Source of the DNA: Candidatus Aminicenantes bacterium | GTDB taxonomy: Bacteria; Acidobacteriota; Aminicenantia; Aminicenantales; Saccharicenantaceae | DNA: 64,000 bases | Reading direction: 5' to 3' | Assembly: GCA_963796835.1 (NCBI GenBank) | Contig: CAWCND010000022.1 | Coordinates: forward strand, 1 to 64,000 | Shown: piece by piece, positions 12,626 to 23,657 of the stretch | How positions within the stretch are numbered: the stretch's first letter is position 1 | Layout of the letters: every line of letters starts with the position of its first letter | The notes under the pieces: model-generated | What the model was told of the DNA's origin: nothing | Seen by the model: only the letters and a program-made list of their open reading frames with translations | Databases searched by the model: none | Position numbers and translations under genes: made by a program

Positions 12626-14039
12626 ATGAACTTTGCGTCATGGCTCATCGCCGCAGGCGCCGTCGTCGTCTTTATCGCCCTCGTCATTATCATCATGGCC
12701 GTCCAATACCGGAAGGTGGGCCCCAACGAAGCCCTCATCATCTCCGGCGGCCGGAAGCGGACGGTGACCGTGGCCGACGGCACGAGGAAAAAAGTCGGCT
12801 ACCGTTACCGCCTGGGCGGCGGGACGTTCGTCTGGCCCGGCCTGGAAAAAGTGTTCGTCCTCCCCATGGACGTCATCTCCATCCCCATCCGGACCCCGGA
12901 GGTCCTGACCCGCGGAGGCGTCCCTCTCATGGCGGAGGCGTCAGCCCAAGTCAAGGTCAATTCCTCCGAGGAGACCATCCACCTCGCCGCCGAGCAGTTC
13001 CTGGGGATCGGCCGGGACGGCATCCGGGATGTGGCCGTGAACGTCCTCGAGGGAAAGGTCCGCGAGGTCATCGGGACGATGACGGTCGAGGAGATCTACC
13101 GGGGCCGCCAGGATTTCTCGAGCAGGGTCATCGGAGCCGTCCGGGAGGATTTCAGCCGGATGGGACTCGTCATCCTGTCTTTCTCGCTGAAGGACATCAG
13201 CGACACCCAAGGCTACATCGACGCCCTGAGCAAGCCCCAGATCGCGGCCGCCAAGCGCGATGCGGCCATCGCCCAGGCCGAGACCGAGAAGGAATCCGTC
13301 ATCAAATCGTCCCAGGCGCGCAAGGAGGCAGAAGTCGCCCGCCTCCAGTCCGACGCCCAGATCGCCAAGGCCCAATGGGAGAACGAGGCCAAGAAGGCCG
13401 AGTCCCAGGTTTTCGTCAACGCCAAGAAGGCCCAGGCGGACTTCTCCTACGAGCTCGAGCGCCACCGCCTGAACCAGGAGATCAAGAAGGAAGAGGCCAA
13501 GGTCAAGCAGGTCGAGAAGGAAGAGGCCATCAAGATCGAAGAGCTCGAGATCGCCCGCAAGGGAAAGGAGCTTGAATCCACGGTCGTCAAGCCGGCCGAC
13601 GCCCGCAAGTACCAGATCAAGTCGGAAGCCGAGGCCGAGGAGTTCCGGATCGCCGCCGAGGCCAAGGGCAAGGCCGAGGCCATGAAGCTCGAGGGGCTGG
13701 CCGAGGCCGAGCGGATCAAGGCCAAGGGATTGTCCGAGGCCGAGGCCATGCTGAAAAAGGCCCAGGCCTGGGAAAAGTACACCCAGGCGGCCGTCATCGA
13801 CATCGTACATCAAGATCCTGCCCGAGCTGGCCAGGGCCGTGTCCGAGCCCCTCTCCAAGGTGGACAAGATCGTCGTCGTCGGCGGCGACAAGGAGCTCGG
13901 GACGACCAGGATCACGGCCCAGGTCGCCCAGGTCCTGGCCCAGATGCCGGAGGTCGTGAAGTCCCTGACCGGAGCCGATATCACCCAGTTCCTGAAGGCC
14001 AAGCTTTCCCCGGACGCCAGAAAAGACGAGAAGAAGTGA
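12626..14039 (+). CDS. Flotillin-like SPFH/band-7 protein (FloT/YqiK family). Single apparent +1 insertion near 13806; the C-terminal 66 aa are in the 13839-14039 frame.
   Basis: N-terminal TM. SPFH domain. Long Ala/Glu/Lys coiled region EAKGKAEAMKLEGLAEAERIKAKG. Removing one base in ATCGTaCATCAAG restores ...AVIDIVIKILPELARAVSEPLSKVDKIVVVGG... Confidence 0.8.
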
Positions 14040-14070
14040 CCGCCCGGCCGGGCGTCGAGGCAGGTGAACC

Positions 14071-16450
14071 ATGATCTCGGAAAAAGTCCAGAAGATCGGA
14101 GCATCCCCCACCCTCAAGATCTCGGCCAAGGCCAAGGCCATGAAGGCCGACGGGATCGACGTCATCGACCTGAGCGTCGGCGAGCCCGATTTTCCCACTC
14201 CGGAGAACGTCAAGGAAGCCGGGGTCAAGGCCATCCGGGCGAACTTCACCAAGTACACGGAGAACGACGGCATCCCGTCCTTGAGGAAGGCCATAGCCCA
14301 GCGCCTCAAGGAGGATGACGGCCTCGAATACAGCCCCAAGGAGATCATCGTCTCGGCGGGGGCCAAGTCGCTCCCTGTTCCACCTCGTCCAGACCCTGGT
14401 CAACGAGGGCGAGGAGGTCATCATCCCGTCTCCCTTCTGGGTCACATACCCCGAGTGCGTGAACCTGGCTAAAGGGAGGCCCGTGATCGTCCCGACCCGT
14501 GAGGAGGACGGCTTCCTCCTGACGCCGGACAAGCTCAAGGCGGCGATATCGCCGGCGACCAAGGCCCTCATCCTCAACAATCCCTCGAACCCGACCGGGG
14601 GCGCTTACGGCAAGGACAAGCTCATGGCCCTGGCCGAGGTCGTCCGCGGCGAGGACATCTACGTCATCGCCGACGAGATCTACGGCAAGCTCGTCTACGA
14701 CAATTTCAAGTTCACGAGTTTCGCCTCGCTCGGCGAGGACATCAAGAAGAAAACCATCATCATCAACGGCGTGTCCAAGGCTTATTCCATGACCGGTTGG
14801 CGGATCGGGTTCGCGGCCGGGCCGGCGGATATCATCGGCGGCATGTCCAAGATCCAGAGCCACACGACGTCCAACGCCTGTTCCATCGCCCAGAAGGCGA
14901 GCCTCGAGGCCTACGTCGGGCCCCAGCACGAGGTCCAGAAGATGGTCGCCGAGTTCCAGCGCCGCCGCAACTACTGCCTCATGCGGCTGGCCGCGGTGCC
15001 CGGCCTCTCTTGCTTCAAGCCCCAGGGCGCTTTCTACCTTTTCCCCAACGTCAGGTCGTTCTACGACAAGGAGTTCGGCGGCACTCGGATCCGGAATTCC
15101 TACGGCATGGCGTACTATTTGCTCAAAGAAGCCAAGGTGGCCATCGTGCCGGGCGATTCCTTCGGCGCGGACGATCACATCCGCCTGTCCTACGCCACGT
15201 CCATGGAGAACCTGGAAAAGAGCCTGGACCGGATCGTCGAGGCGCTGGCCAAGCTCAAGACGGCCAGGAAGGTCAAGCACGTGTCCCTCAACAATACCGT
15301 GACGAGGGTCAGGAAATCCGTGCCTGTCGAGGTCTGGGCCGACCTCCGGATGCGGGATGCCCTCGTGGCCGAGATGGACGGACACTTGGGCTATGAAGGC
15401 CGGTACGAGTGGAACGCCAACATCAATGGCGCCATCGTCCAGCTCCGGACCAACGTCGGCCACCTCAACGATTTCTGGACGGAGAACTGGCTCCCGGCCC
15501 AGCTCGAGGCCGACCTCGAGCCCCACGGGATCATCTACGCCGTCGACGGGATCGCGGGGCGGGAGCCCCGGGCCTTCTACAGCCCGGAGACCAAAACGGG
15601 GATCCTCGTCAACACGGATGGCTACGGACCCCTGCGGAGCCTGGCCCTCGGGCTGGTCATGGACATCGCCGAACGGATGTCCGGCGCCGGGGGCGCGGGA
15701 GCCGTGCGCGGCATGTCGGCGGCGGCCCAGGGCGGGGACGGGCTCATCCTGGTCGGCCCGCCGGGGACGAAGAAAACAGAGCTTTTTTTCGAGCTCCTCG
15801 AGGATGTCCGGTTCAGGCTCCAGGCGAACGACATCGTCTTCGTCCGTCTGGCCGGCGGCCGGGCGGTCGCGGACTCGGTCGAGCGGAAACTCTATCTCGC
15901 GGCGAACACGGTCGAGCTCAATGGCCGGCTCGCGCCCCTTTTCGACCGGAGCAAGTGCGAGAACGTCGTCATTCGCAAGGAGGACTGCGCGGACCTCGAA
16001 TGCCAGCGGGGCGAGGATTGCCGCCTCGACCGGGGTTCGCCGTACTGCTACAAGGCCTCCAAGGAGGCCTACGCCATGCTCGACCCGAACTGGATCGGCG
16101 GACCCGAGGCCTTCGCCAAGCGGACGAACCTGAAGTGGATCTTCCTCCTCCGGAATGACGAGACGTCTCCGGCCGTCGTCGAGCTCGCGAAAGACGAGGC
16201 CCTGCGGATCCTGGAAACCGGAGAGGCGGCCGGGGCGAAAAAGGCCTTGACGGCGGCGAAGAGCCAGCCGTTCTTCAATCCGCACCTCCTCGTCGGAGGC
16301 AGGGCGGACTCGGCCTCGGCGGGGCCCGGCGCCGGGTCACTCGACGCCCAGAGGGCCTTTTTCAGCCGCCTGCTGGACGTCGCGAAATGTTACCTCTTCA
16401 ACAGCGGCGTCGCGAAAGCGGACAGGATCAAGGACATCGTCGGAGGATAA
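14071..16450 (+). CDS. Aspartate/aromatic aminotransferase (class I PLP) fused in-frame to a ~390-aa C-terminal domain of unknown function. Early apparent frameshift near 14375.
   Basis: Residues 1 to ~400 are AAT-like: SVGEPDFPTPENVKEAG, NNPSNPTGG, SKAYSMTGWRIGF. There is no stop after ...LDRIVEALAKLKTARKVK. The extension contains LILVGPPGTKKTELFFELLEDVRFRLQANDIVFV, a P-loop-like stretch loosely resembling HprK/PEPCK-type kinase folds. Confidence 0.6.
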
Positions 16451-16497
16451 CGGGGGGGGACTCGCCTATTTTCTCCTGGGTCACGAGGCGTTTTTTC

Positions 16498-17691
16498 ATG
16501 GCCTTCCTGGCCATGACTTTCCTGGCCCTTCTGGCCGGGCTCCTCTTCATCCGGCCCCTTCAGCCCCTGTCCAAGGTCCTCCTGGGCCTGTGGATCGTCT
16601 TGGCCGCGGCGCTCTTCGGGCGGTTGAGGCTTCTCCTGAAAGACTGGTCCGTCTTCGTGGCCTTCCTTTACTTTGCCGACAGCCTGAGGGAGACCATCTA
16701 CGTCCTGACCTGCAAACTGCATCTCCCCGTTCACGCCCTTTACATCCTCAAGCTCGAGAAGGCCCTCTTCGGAGAGGTCCCGTCGGTCGCTCTCCAGGCG
16801 GCCCTCCTCCGGACCGGCCCGGCCGGCCACTTTTCCTGGCTCGAGAAAACGCTGACCGTTATTTACGGAAGCCACTTTGTCGCCTTCGTCTTCGTCGGCC
16901 TTTTTATCTGGGTCTATAGGCCGGGGGCCCTGGCGAAATACAAGGCCTCATTTTATCTCCTGATCCCCCTGGGCTTTTTCTTTTATGCCGTCGTGCCGAC
17001 GGCCCCGCCTTGGATGGCCTCCGGCCAGTTCGGGGTCCTCGCGCCTCTCGTCAGGTTCAACAGGGTCCTCTTCGATTCGACCATCCCCACTCTTACCAGC
17101 GGCTTCGACCTCAACCCTGTCTCCGCCATGCCTTCGCTCCACGCCGGCTTTCCCATCCTTTGCTGCCTCCTCCTCTGGGGCCTGTACCGCTCGAAGGCGC
17201 TCCCTTTCATCCTTTACACGTTGGCCGTCCTGTTCACGATCGTCTATACGGGAGACCACTATGTGGTGGATATCCTGGCGGGCACGGTCCTGGCCGTCTT
17301 CTCCTCCTTGATCGCCGGCCGGCTCCTGAAACGCCGGGACGGACCTTCGCGGGGAGAAGCGCGACCGTCAGCCTGGGCCGAGCTGAAAAAGCCGGCCCTC
17401 GCCGGGCTGGTCATCTTTCTGGCCGGCGTCGGCCTCAGCCAGATGAACGGGGCCCTGGTCACCCCGGGGGTCAATTTCTATGATACGAACGTTCCCCGCT
17501 TCGCCGATTTTTTCCGGAACGAGGGACGATACAGGGACAGCTTCCTGGTCCAGCTTTATTTCGGGAACCATTATCTGGCCTGGAAGGACGCGAGTTCTGC
17601 CCTCCCCTATTTCCGGAGGAGCCTGAAGCTGGCCCGGACTCCCGCAGAAACACGGGAAGCCCAGGGAAAGATCGATCTGTGCCGGCGCTAG
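16498..17691 (+). CDS. PAP2-superfamily membrane phosphatase / lipid phosphotransferase-like protein
   Basis: Multiple TM helices. SMPSLHAGFP and GDHYVVDILAG resemble PAP2 motifs 2 and 3. Annotated start taken at MAFLAMTFLALLAG. Confidence 0.5.
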   Translation: MAFLAMTFLALLAGLLFIRPLQPLSKVLLGLWIVLAAALFGRLRLLLKDWSVFVAFLYFADSLRETIYVLTCKLHLPVHALYILKLEKALFGEVPSVALQAALLRTGPAGHFSWLEKTLTVIYGSHFVAFVFVGLFIWVYRPGALAKYKASFYLLIPLGFFFYAVVPTAPPWMASGQFGVLAPLVRFNRVLFDSTIPTLTSGFDLNPVSAMPSLHAGFPILCCLLLWGLYRSKALPFILYTLAVLFTIVYTGDHYVVDILAGTVLAVFSSLIAGRLLKRRDGPSRGEARPSAWAELKKPALAGLVIFLAGVGLSQMNGALVTPGVNFYDTNVPRFADFFRNEGRYRDSFLVQLYFGNHYLAWKDASSALPYFRRSLKLARTPAETREAQGKIDLCRR

Positions 17692-17828
17692 CCGAGCCGC
17701 TTCCCGATCCCTTCCGTGAGCAGGTGGAGCAGGACCAGGCGGGCCTCCCGGACGGTTTCCTGAGTGGCGCTCTCATGGCCCATGGTGACTCTTCCCTATC
17801 GCACCCTGAGGGCCGACCTTCGCCACCA

Positions 17829-18569
17829 TCACCGCCGGGGTTCCAGGGATGACGCCGCGCCCTCGGGCACCGCGGAGGCACGGCTTGACACGATCGCTCC
17901 GTGGACCCTCTCCATGAGCTCCCCGATGGTGTCGGCCGTGAAGCCTGTCACGGAGATCGGGTCATGAAAGTCGACCTGGACGGCCCCTTTCCGCGCGTAC
18001 CACTGCCCCTTGGGCATGAGAGCGAAGGTCCCCTTGATCGTCATGGGGGCGATGGGCGCCATGCCCTCCAAGGCGAGGAAGAACCCGCCCCGCCGGAAAG
18101 CCCGGATCCGGCCGTCGAGGGATCTTGTCCCTTCGGGGAAAACGAGGAAGGAGTATCCTTTCTCGCGCATGAGCCCCGCGGCCCGTTGGATGCTTTTCTG
18201 ACCGCCCTTGGCCCCCTTCCGGTCAACGGGGACGAACCCGATGTAGCGCATCCCGACCCCGAGGACGGGGACCCCGAACACGGACTTTTTCAGGATGATC
18301 CGGACCGGCCGGGGGATCGCGGCGGCCAGGAGCGGACCGTCGAGAAAGCTCTGGTGGTTGGACATGAAAACGTAGGGCATCGCCGGATCGAGCCGCTCGA
18401 GGCCCGAGACTTGGACTCTGATTCCGAGGAAACGGCAGCCGCACCGGACCGCCCAGGTGCCGATGCGGATCAACGGGTCCTTCGTCCCCGTCAGCATGCA
18501 GAGGAGGAGGTAGGGCGTGATGAGGATGAGGAGCATCGAGTAGAAGACGCCGAGAACGAACGTGCGCAT
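17829..18569 (-). CDS. plsC: 1-acyl-sn-glycerol-3-phosphate acyltransferase
   Basis: HxxxxD acyltransferase motif (FMSNHQSFLDG) and FPEGTRS motif. Confidence 0.8.
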   Translation of the reverse strand: MRTFVLGVFYSMLLILITPYLLLCMLTGTKDPLIRIGTWAVRCGCRFLGIRVQVSGLERLDPAMPYVFMSNHQSFLDGPLLAAAIPRPVRIILKKSVFGVPVLGVGMRYIGFVPVDRKGAKGGQKSIQRAAGLMREKGYSFLVFPEGTRSLDGRIRAFRRGGFFLALEGMAPIAPMTIKGTFALMPKGQWYARKGAVQVDFHDPISVTGFTADTIGELMERVHGAIVSSRASAVPEGAASSLEPRR

Positions 18570-18599
18570 GGCAGCGCAGATTATAGCACACCGGAAATA

Positions 18600-20225
18600 T
18601 CAATGGCCCTTTAACGAGAGCTTGAGCTCCTTGATCCGGGCCTCCGACATGCCTTTCATATGGACATGGACCTCCCGCCCCGATATCCGAAAGCTTATCT
18701 CCGGGTTCTCAACGCCTGCCCGGCAGGCCATCACGATCTGGGTATTCATCGCCGGATTGGAGGTTACCCAATAGTCGAGCGTGCTCTTGCGGCAGACCTC
18801 TTCTAAACGGGGATCCTGAAACCCCTTCATCCAGGCGGGCATCAGGACCAATGCGTCGAGAGGCATGTCCCGCGCCTGGGCCATGCGGGGGGCGTTGAGC
18901 CCCATCAAGTCGACGGTGAAACGCCGCCCGAAATATTTAACCGCCCCCGCGTCTATTGTCCCGATCCGGGCGCTGCTCGCGAAAGCGGCGTCGATGGCCC
19001 GGCCGAGCTCCACCTGAACCTCATTGATATTTCGGCAGTCATTGGCGAATTTCGCGCTCCAGTCGATATTCCCGAGGATCAAAAAGAAGGCCATCGCGAC
19101 AACGGAGATCCCGACAATTCCGCCGGCCAGGACCTTTCCGCGGAAGCCATGGGTCTGGCTCCATAAGAACAGGATGAGGGCCCACAGTCCGGCCATAAGA
19201 GGGACCCAGAAAAGAGGGATGGCCGGCAACAAGTACCGGATCCAATAGAACGCCCGCGGATCCGAGGGCGGACTGATCAGGGCCTGTCCCAGGGTGTACA
19301 GGGCCGCCGAGGAAAAGATAAGGCAGAACCACCGCCTTTCCGGTTTTTTCAAGAAAGCCAACCCGATCAGCCCGAGCCAGGCCACCCCGCCGGCAAGAGG
19401 GGCATCGGCCGTGATCATCCTGAAAGCGCTCCGGATCCTTTCGAAAAGGGGGAAACGGGCAAAGAGTCCTGATTTGAGATAAAACGTGGCCGGAAAAGGG
19501 CGGCCGTCGACAATAAGGTCCCATCCGACGAACAGGGAGCCGGCCACAACCACCGGTCCCGCGAACTGCACGAGGTCCTTCCAGTTCATCCTCTTTTTAA
19601 GAATCTGGAAGGTCATATCGCCCATGAGCACGGCGCTCACAAGCCCGAATTCGGGCCTGGCCAACCCGGCGAGCCCCAAAAGGATGCCGGTGATCAAATA
19701 CCTCTTCTCGATATATTGCGCGAAACCCAGGAGACAGAGGAAATATCCTAAGGATATCTCCATCCCGCTGAGCGAGGCCACGATCAGGGCCGGAGAGAGC
19801 CCGATGATCAGCCCCCCGATGAGCGAGACGACATCCGGCAGGTGGAATTTCTTCAATATCCTGAAACATGTCCAGGCCATCAGGCTGTGCAGGGTCATTC
19901 CGGCTATCTTCGCGACGAGCACGATTAAGCTCGTCTTCTTGAAAACGAGATGGATCAGCCCCAGCAGGTATGCCCAGAGCGGTGATGTCGAACCCGTCGC
20001 CGGAACCCCTTCATTATAAGACAAATAGCCGGAGGTGGAGATGGAGCGCCCATAGACCATATGGATCCAAGCGTCGTCGAGCGGGAACCCGTTCAGGCCA
20101 TGTGGACCGCTGGCCACGAGGATCAAGGCCGCAACGGCGAGCGTCAGCACGACGACCACCGGCCCGTTCTTCATGAACCTCTTCCCCATTTCAGCCGGCC
20201 AAAAGGGCGTGCGAGCCATCGTCAC
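18600..20225 (-). CDS. Polytopic membrane protein, putative GT-C-fold glycosyltransferase (ArnT/PMT-like)
   Basis: About 540 aa with ~12 predicted TM helices. Early loop motif DDAWIH, reminiscent of the GT-C DE/DD loop. Confidence 0.4.
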   Translation of the reverse strand: MTMARTPFWPAEMGKRFMKNGPVVVVLTLAVAALILVASGPHGLNGFPLDDAWIHMVYGRSISTSGYLSYNEGVPATGSTSPLWAYLLGLIHLVFKKTSLIVLVAKIAGMTLHSLMAWTCFRILKKFHLPDVVSLIGGLIIGLSPALIVASLSGMEISLGYFLCLLGFAQYIEKRYLITGILLGLAGLARPEFGLVSAVLMGDMTFQILKKRMNWKDLVQFAGPVVVAGSLFVGWDLIVDGRPFPATFYLKSGLFARFPLFERIRSAFRMITADAPLAGGVAWLGLIGLAFLKKPERRWFCLIFSSAALYTLGQALISPPSDPRAFYWIRYLLPAIPLFWVPLMAGLWALILFLWSQTHGFRGKVLAGGIVGISVVAMAFFLILGNIDWSAKFANDCRNINEVQVELGRAIDAAFASSARIGTIDAGAVKYFGRRFTVDLMGLNAPRMAQARDMPLDALVLMPAWMKGFQDPRLEEVCRKSTLDYWVTSNPAMNTQIVMACRAGVENPEISFRISGREVHVHMKGMSEARIKELKLSLKGH

Positions 20226-20371
20226 CGGGCATCTAGGATCACGTGCGTTCGAGCCGGAGCGGGAGGCGCCTCCATCTATTCTCCGGCGTCGTTCCTGCCC
20301 CAGTATAATGAAAGGCTGCCGGAAAAATCAAAGGTTGAGAAAAGCGGGGATTTCTGATAGAAATTTCCTCA

Positions 20372-22717
20372 GTGCTGTCGGATCGACCAACGCCCGCCCC
20401 TGACAAGAAAAAGGACCTGATTTTCTTTTCGCTTTTCCTCGTCCTGTTCTTGGTCACTTTCCGGGAATTTTTTTTCACCGGCCGGGTCCTTTTCGAGAGG
20501 GACACGACCGTCGTCGAGGTCCCGGCCCGCAAGGCGACCGCGAGCCTGCTCAAGGAGGGGAACTTCGCCCTTTGGACGGACGCCTACGGAAACGGCCAGC
20601 CCTTCCTGGCCAATCCGAAGAACGCCGTCCTGTACCCGGCGACCCTTCTTTATCTCTTTCTCCCCCTTTTCACAGCGTTCAAGCTCTACTATCTCATCCA
20701 TGCCCTCCTCGGGTGGGTCGGGCTTTACTATCTCTGCAGATCCTATGGCGTTTCCATGAAGGCCGCTTTTCTGGGCGCGAGCCTGTTCTCCTTCAGCGGC
20801 ATGTACCTGTCCTCGTTCGAATTTTACAACCATATCGCGGCCTTGGCCTGGATGCCGTGGATCCTTCTCATCCTCAACCGGGGCCCGGGGCCCGGGCGCT
20901 CGAGGACCGTTGCTCTGTCCATCTTCTGGGCCCTGTTGATCCTGGCCGGCTCCCCGGAGGTCATCGTCCTCGCCGCGATCCTCGCTGCGGCCCAGGCCTT
21001 CCTGAGGCCGAAGGAATGGAAGAGGCGGCTTGCGGCGGCCTCGCTTCCACTCGGGCTGGCCTGCCTCCTCACGGCCGCCCAGCTCGCCCCGGCGTTCACG
21101 ATGATAGCCCAAACCGAAAGAAAGGCCCAGTCCGTGATCTGGCCGCTCGAGCTTCTCCAACTGCCCAACTTGGCCCTGCCGGACGTCCTCGGGAACGACC
21201 GGGAGCCCGGCCACCACGATTTCTGGGGCTGGCACATTTTCGACAGGCATTTCCCCCTTTATTACAGCCTTTACATGGGCTTCGGCGCCCTCCTTCTGTT
21301 CCTCTTTGGGGCGAGGAGGCCCTGGGACCGGAGGCGGAAGGTCCTGCTCAGCGCCGGCGCCCTCTTCTTCCTTCTGGCCTGCGGGCGCTATTCGCCCTTT
21401 TTCTTTCTCTACCGGATCACGCCGTTCGTGTCGTCCATCAGGTATCCCGTCAAGTTCTTCCTCGGCTCCGTTTTCTGCCTATCCATCCTGGCCGCCTTCG
21501 GACTTGACGAGGCGATGACCGGCCGGGCCCCCGGAAGGAGGGCTGTCCGCTGCCTGGCCGCCGTCTCCGGACTGGCTCTCGCCCTTTTCCTGGCCTTCAA
21601 GGGGCACGCCATCTCTCTCATCAACGCCTTCCTCCTTATCGACAAGGACTCCTCATTGCATGAGTTGGGACGGTCCATCGCGACAGGACTCGTTTTCCTG
21701 GCCGGCTATGCCCTTATCTTCCTTTTCCTCTCCAAGGCCCGGGCCCGGGGACCGGTCCTTGGCTGGGCGCTCATGGCCCTGGCCGTCCTCGACCCCGCCG
21801 GGCACAACCGCGGGATCAACCCCACGGCCCCCGCTTCCTTTTTCGACAGGCCGCCGCTCATCGACGACCTGAAGCCGCCCGTGACCGTGTACAGGGGCGA
21901 GGACTTTTTCCTCGACCGCCGGGAAAAAAGCGCCAGCAACATCGGCTTCCTCACCTACTATCGCAGGACGCTCTACCCCCCCAGCGCCATGGGCGATGGT
22001 GTCAAGTATGTTTTCGAGCCCGACTTCTACGGAACGTATCCCACGCGCTATTCCGATCTGGTCCGGCGGGTCAAGCGTCTTCCTCCCCAAGAACAGCTGA
22101 AGGTCCTGCAATACCTTGGCTGCAATTATTTCATGAGCGATAGCCCGATATTTTCCGAGGCAACGGCCCGGCGGCTCGTCGTCGAAGGATTCCCTTTTTA
22201 TATCGAGCGCATCACGGGCAGGCCGGAGGCGCCCTATATCGTCTATTCGGCCCGGCGCGCGGCGACAACTGGGGAGAGACTGAACATATTCATGAGCGCT
22301 GGGTTCGATCCGTATCGCGAGGTCGTCATGGAGAAAGCCATCGCGCTCCCGGGAACTGACGGGGGGCCGGCCGACCGCGATGCCCAGCCCTCCGGGGTAT
22401 CGGTCAGAAGAGAGATCCAGGGACGGGGCTGGTATTCTGCGAGCCTGCCCCGTCAAGGGATCGCCGTCTTCCCCGGCAACTATGCCCGCGGCTGGCGGGC
22501 CTGGGTCGACGGCAGGAAAGCGGATGTCTTCGAGGCCAACCTCTTCTCCAAGGGCATCCTGATGCCCGCCGGAGAGCACGAGGTCGTTTTACGTTATCTT
22601 CCCGGGAGTTTCATTTGGGGATCGGCCGTCAGCCTGGCGACGATCCTCTCCTTGCTGGCCGGAACGCTCGTCGCGGGCTTCCGTCTCAGAAGAAAGGCCC
22701 GCCGCGCATCCCCTTGA
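20372..22717 (+). CDS. YfhO-family membrane protein
   Basis: 781 aa. N-terminal polytopic region, then a large extracytoplasmic C-terminal domain. YfhO-like N-terminus (FFTGRVLFERDTTVV..., many TM segments). Confidence 0.6.
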   Translation: MLSDRPTPAPDKKKDLIFFSLFLVLFLVTFREFFFTGRVLFERDTTVVEVPARKATASLLKEGNFALWTDAYGNGQPFLANPKNAVLYPATLLYLFLPLFTAFKLYYLIHALLGWVGLYYLCRSYGVSMKAAFLGASLFSFSGMYLSSFEFYNHIAALAWMPWILLILNRGPGPGRSRTVALSIFWALLILAGSPEVIVLAAILAAAQAFLRPKEWKRRLAAASLPLGLACLLTAAQLAPAFTMIAQTERKAQSVIWPLELLQLPNLALPDVLGNDREPGHHDFWGWHIFDRHFPLYYSLYMGFGALLLFLFGARRPWDRRRKVLLSAGALFFLLACGRYSPFFFLYRITPFVSSIRYPVKFFLGSVFCLSILAAFGLDEAMTGRAPGRRAVRCLAAVSGLALALFLAFKGHAISLINAFLLIDKDSSLHELGRSIATGLVFLAGYALIFLFLSKARARGPVLGWALMALAVLDPAGHNRGINPTAPASFFDRPPLIDDLKPPVTVYRGEDFFLDRREKSASNIGFLTYYRRTLYPPSAMGDGVKYVFEPDFYGTYPTRYSDLVRRVKRLPPQEQLKVLQYLGCNYFMSDSPIFSEATARRLVVEGFPFYIERITGRPEAPYIVYSARRAATTGERLNIFMSAGFDPYREVVMEKAIALPGTDGGPADRDAQPSGVSVRREIQGRGWYSASLPRQGIAVFPGNYARGWRAWVDGRKADVFEANLFSKGILMPAGEHEVVLRYLPGSFIWGSAVSLATILSLLAGTLVAGFRLRRKARRASP

Positions 22718-23657
22718 AATCCTCGAGGCAATCGAATTGCGTCGCGAATCTCCTGGGGTTTTCCCGCCGAAATACGACCTCCTCCGGCTTCAGCCCTGGG
22801 AGGAACCGGCCGGCCTGGGCGAGATAGGGGATCTTCAGCGGATCGAACCCCATGATCCGGGCGGCCGTCGCGTCGGCAGCCAGGGAGAAGGGGCTGAGGA
22901 CAAGAGTCCCGACCGGCCTGGGCTTCCCCATGATCGGGCCGTCTCCCTCCATCCCGACGACGCCGTCGATGATGTTGTAGTGGACCTTGACGGTTCGGGC
23001 CAGGTCCAGGATGGACTGTTCAATCCCCCTGCTGTGGAGCAGGTTTTTGGGCCAGCCATAATAGATCCCCGGCAGGACGCCGAAAAGGTTCTTCAGGCAG
23101 AGCGTGACCCCCGCCCAGTGATGCGTTTTCATCTTGGGCAGGCTGATCAGGACGTCGGCCTCGGACACCGGCCGGGCCAAATAGAATGCCGGAAGACCGG
23201 TCAGGCCGCCTCTGTTCCGGGTCGCGACGGCGTCGCCGTGGTTGAGGTCCATGCATCTCACCCTCTTGTCCAGGATGGAGCTCAGCTTCGGGTTGAGGAC
23301 CGAAAACCAGGGGTCCCGCCGATGCCCGGAGGCTTCGCCGACGACGACTTCCGCCGCGCCCAGGCGCAGGCAGGCGTGGGCGACCTGGGCGATGACGGCA
23401 GGATGGGTGTTGATCGGCCTATCCGGATGCGTTTCCACAAAGTTCGGCTTGAGCAGGACCTTCTTTCCCCTAAGAACAAGCCCGTCGCCCGTCATGACGG
23501 CGGCGATCTCTTTTTCCATGTCCCGGCCGTAGTCGGGCATCGGGAGCAGGCTCACGGGGCACGGGGCCGGGGTCAACTGGCCACCCCTGGCGAGGTTTCC
23601 GAAGGCCGTGGCATTGGCCAGGACGGCCGCTCCCATCAAGAACTCGCGTCTTTTCAT
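22686..23657 (-). CDS. DUF362-family protein with twin-arginine signal peptide
   Basis: MKRREFLMGAAVLANATAF (Tat motif). The remainder matches the DUF362 family. A second family member lies at 62824-63900. Confidence 0.6.
   Translation of the reverse strand: MKRREFLMGAAVLANATAFGNLARGGQLTPAPCPVSLLPMPDYGRDMEKEIAAVMTGDGLVLRGKKVLLKPNFVETHPDRPINTHPAVIAQVAHACLRLGAAEVVVGEASGHRRDPWFSVLNPKLSSILDKRVRCMDLNHGDAVATRNRGGLTGLPAFYLARPVSEADVLISLPKMKTHHWAGVTLCLKNLFGVLPGIYYGWPKNLLHSRGIEQSILDLARTVKVHYNIIDGVVGMEGDGPIMGKPRPVGTLVLSPFSLAADATAARIMGFDPLKIPYLAQAGRFLPGLKPEEVVFRRENPRRFATQFDCLEDFKGMRGGPFF

Noticed and set aside
12640-13575. 311-aa alternative-frame ORF inside the flotillin gene
   Set aside because: Same strand and out of frame with strong SPFH homology. 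Arg/Pro/Gly-rich.
14345-16285. 646-aa minus-strand ORF
   Set aside because: Antisense to the aminotransferase fusion. No recognisable features.
20304-20309. TATAAT hexamer 63 nt upstream of the YfhO start
   Set aside because: The -35 partner (TTCTCC) is poor. Kept only as a weak possibility, not reported as a feature.
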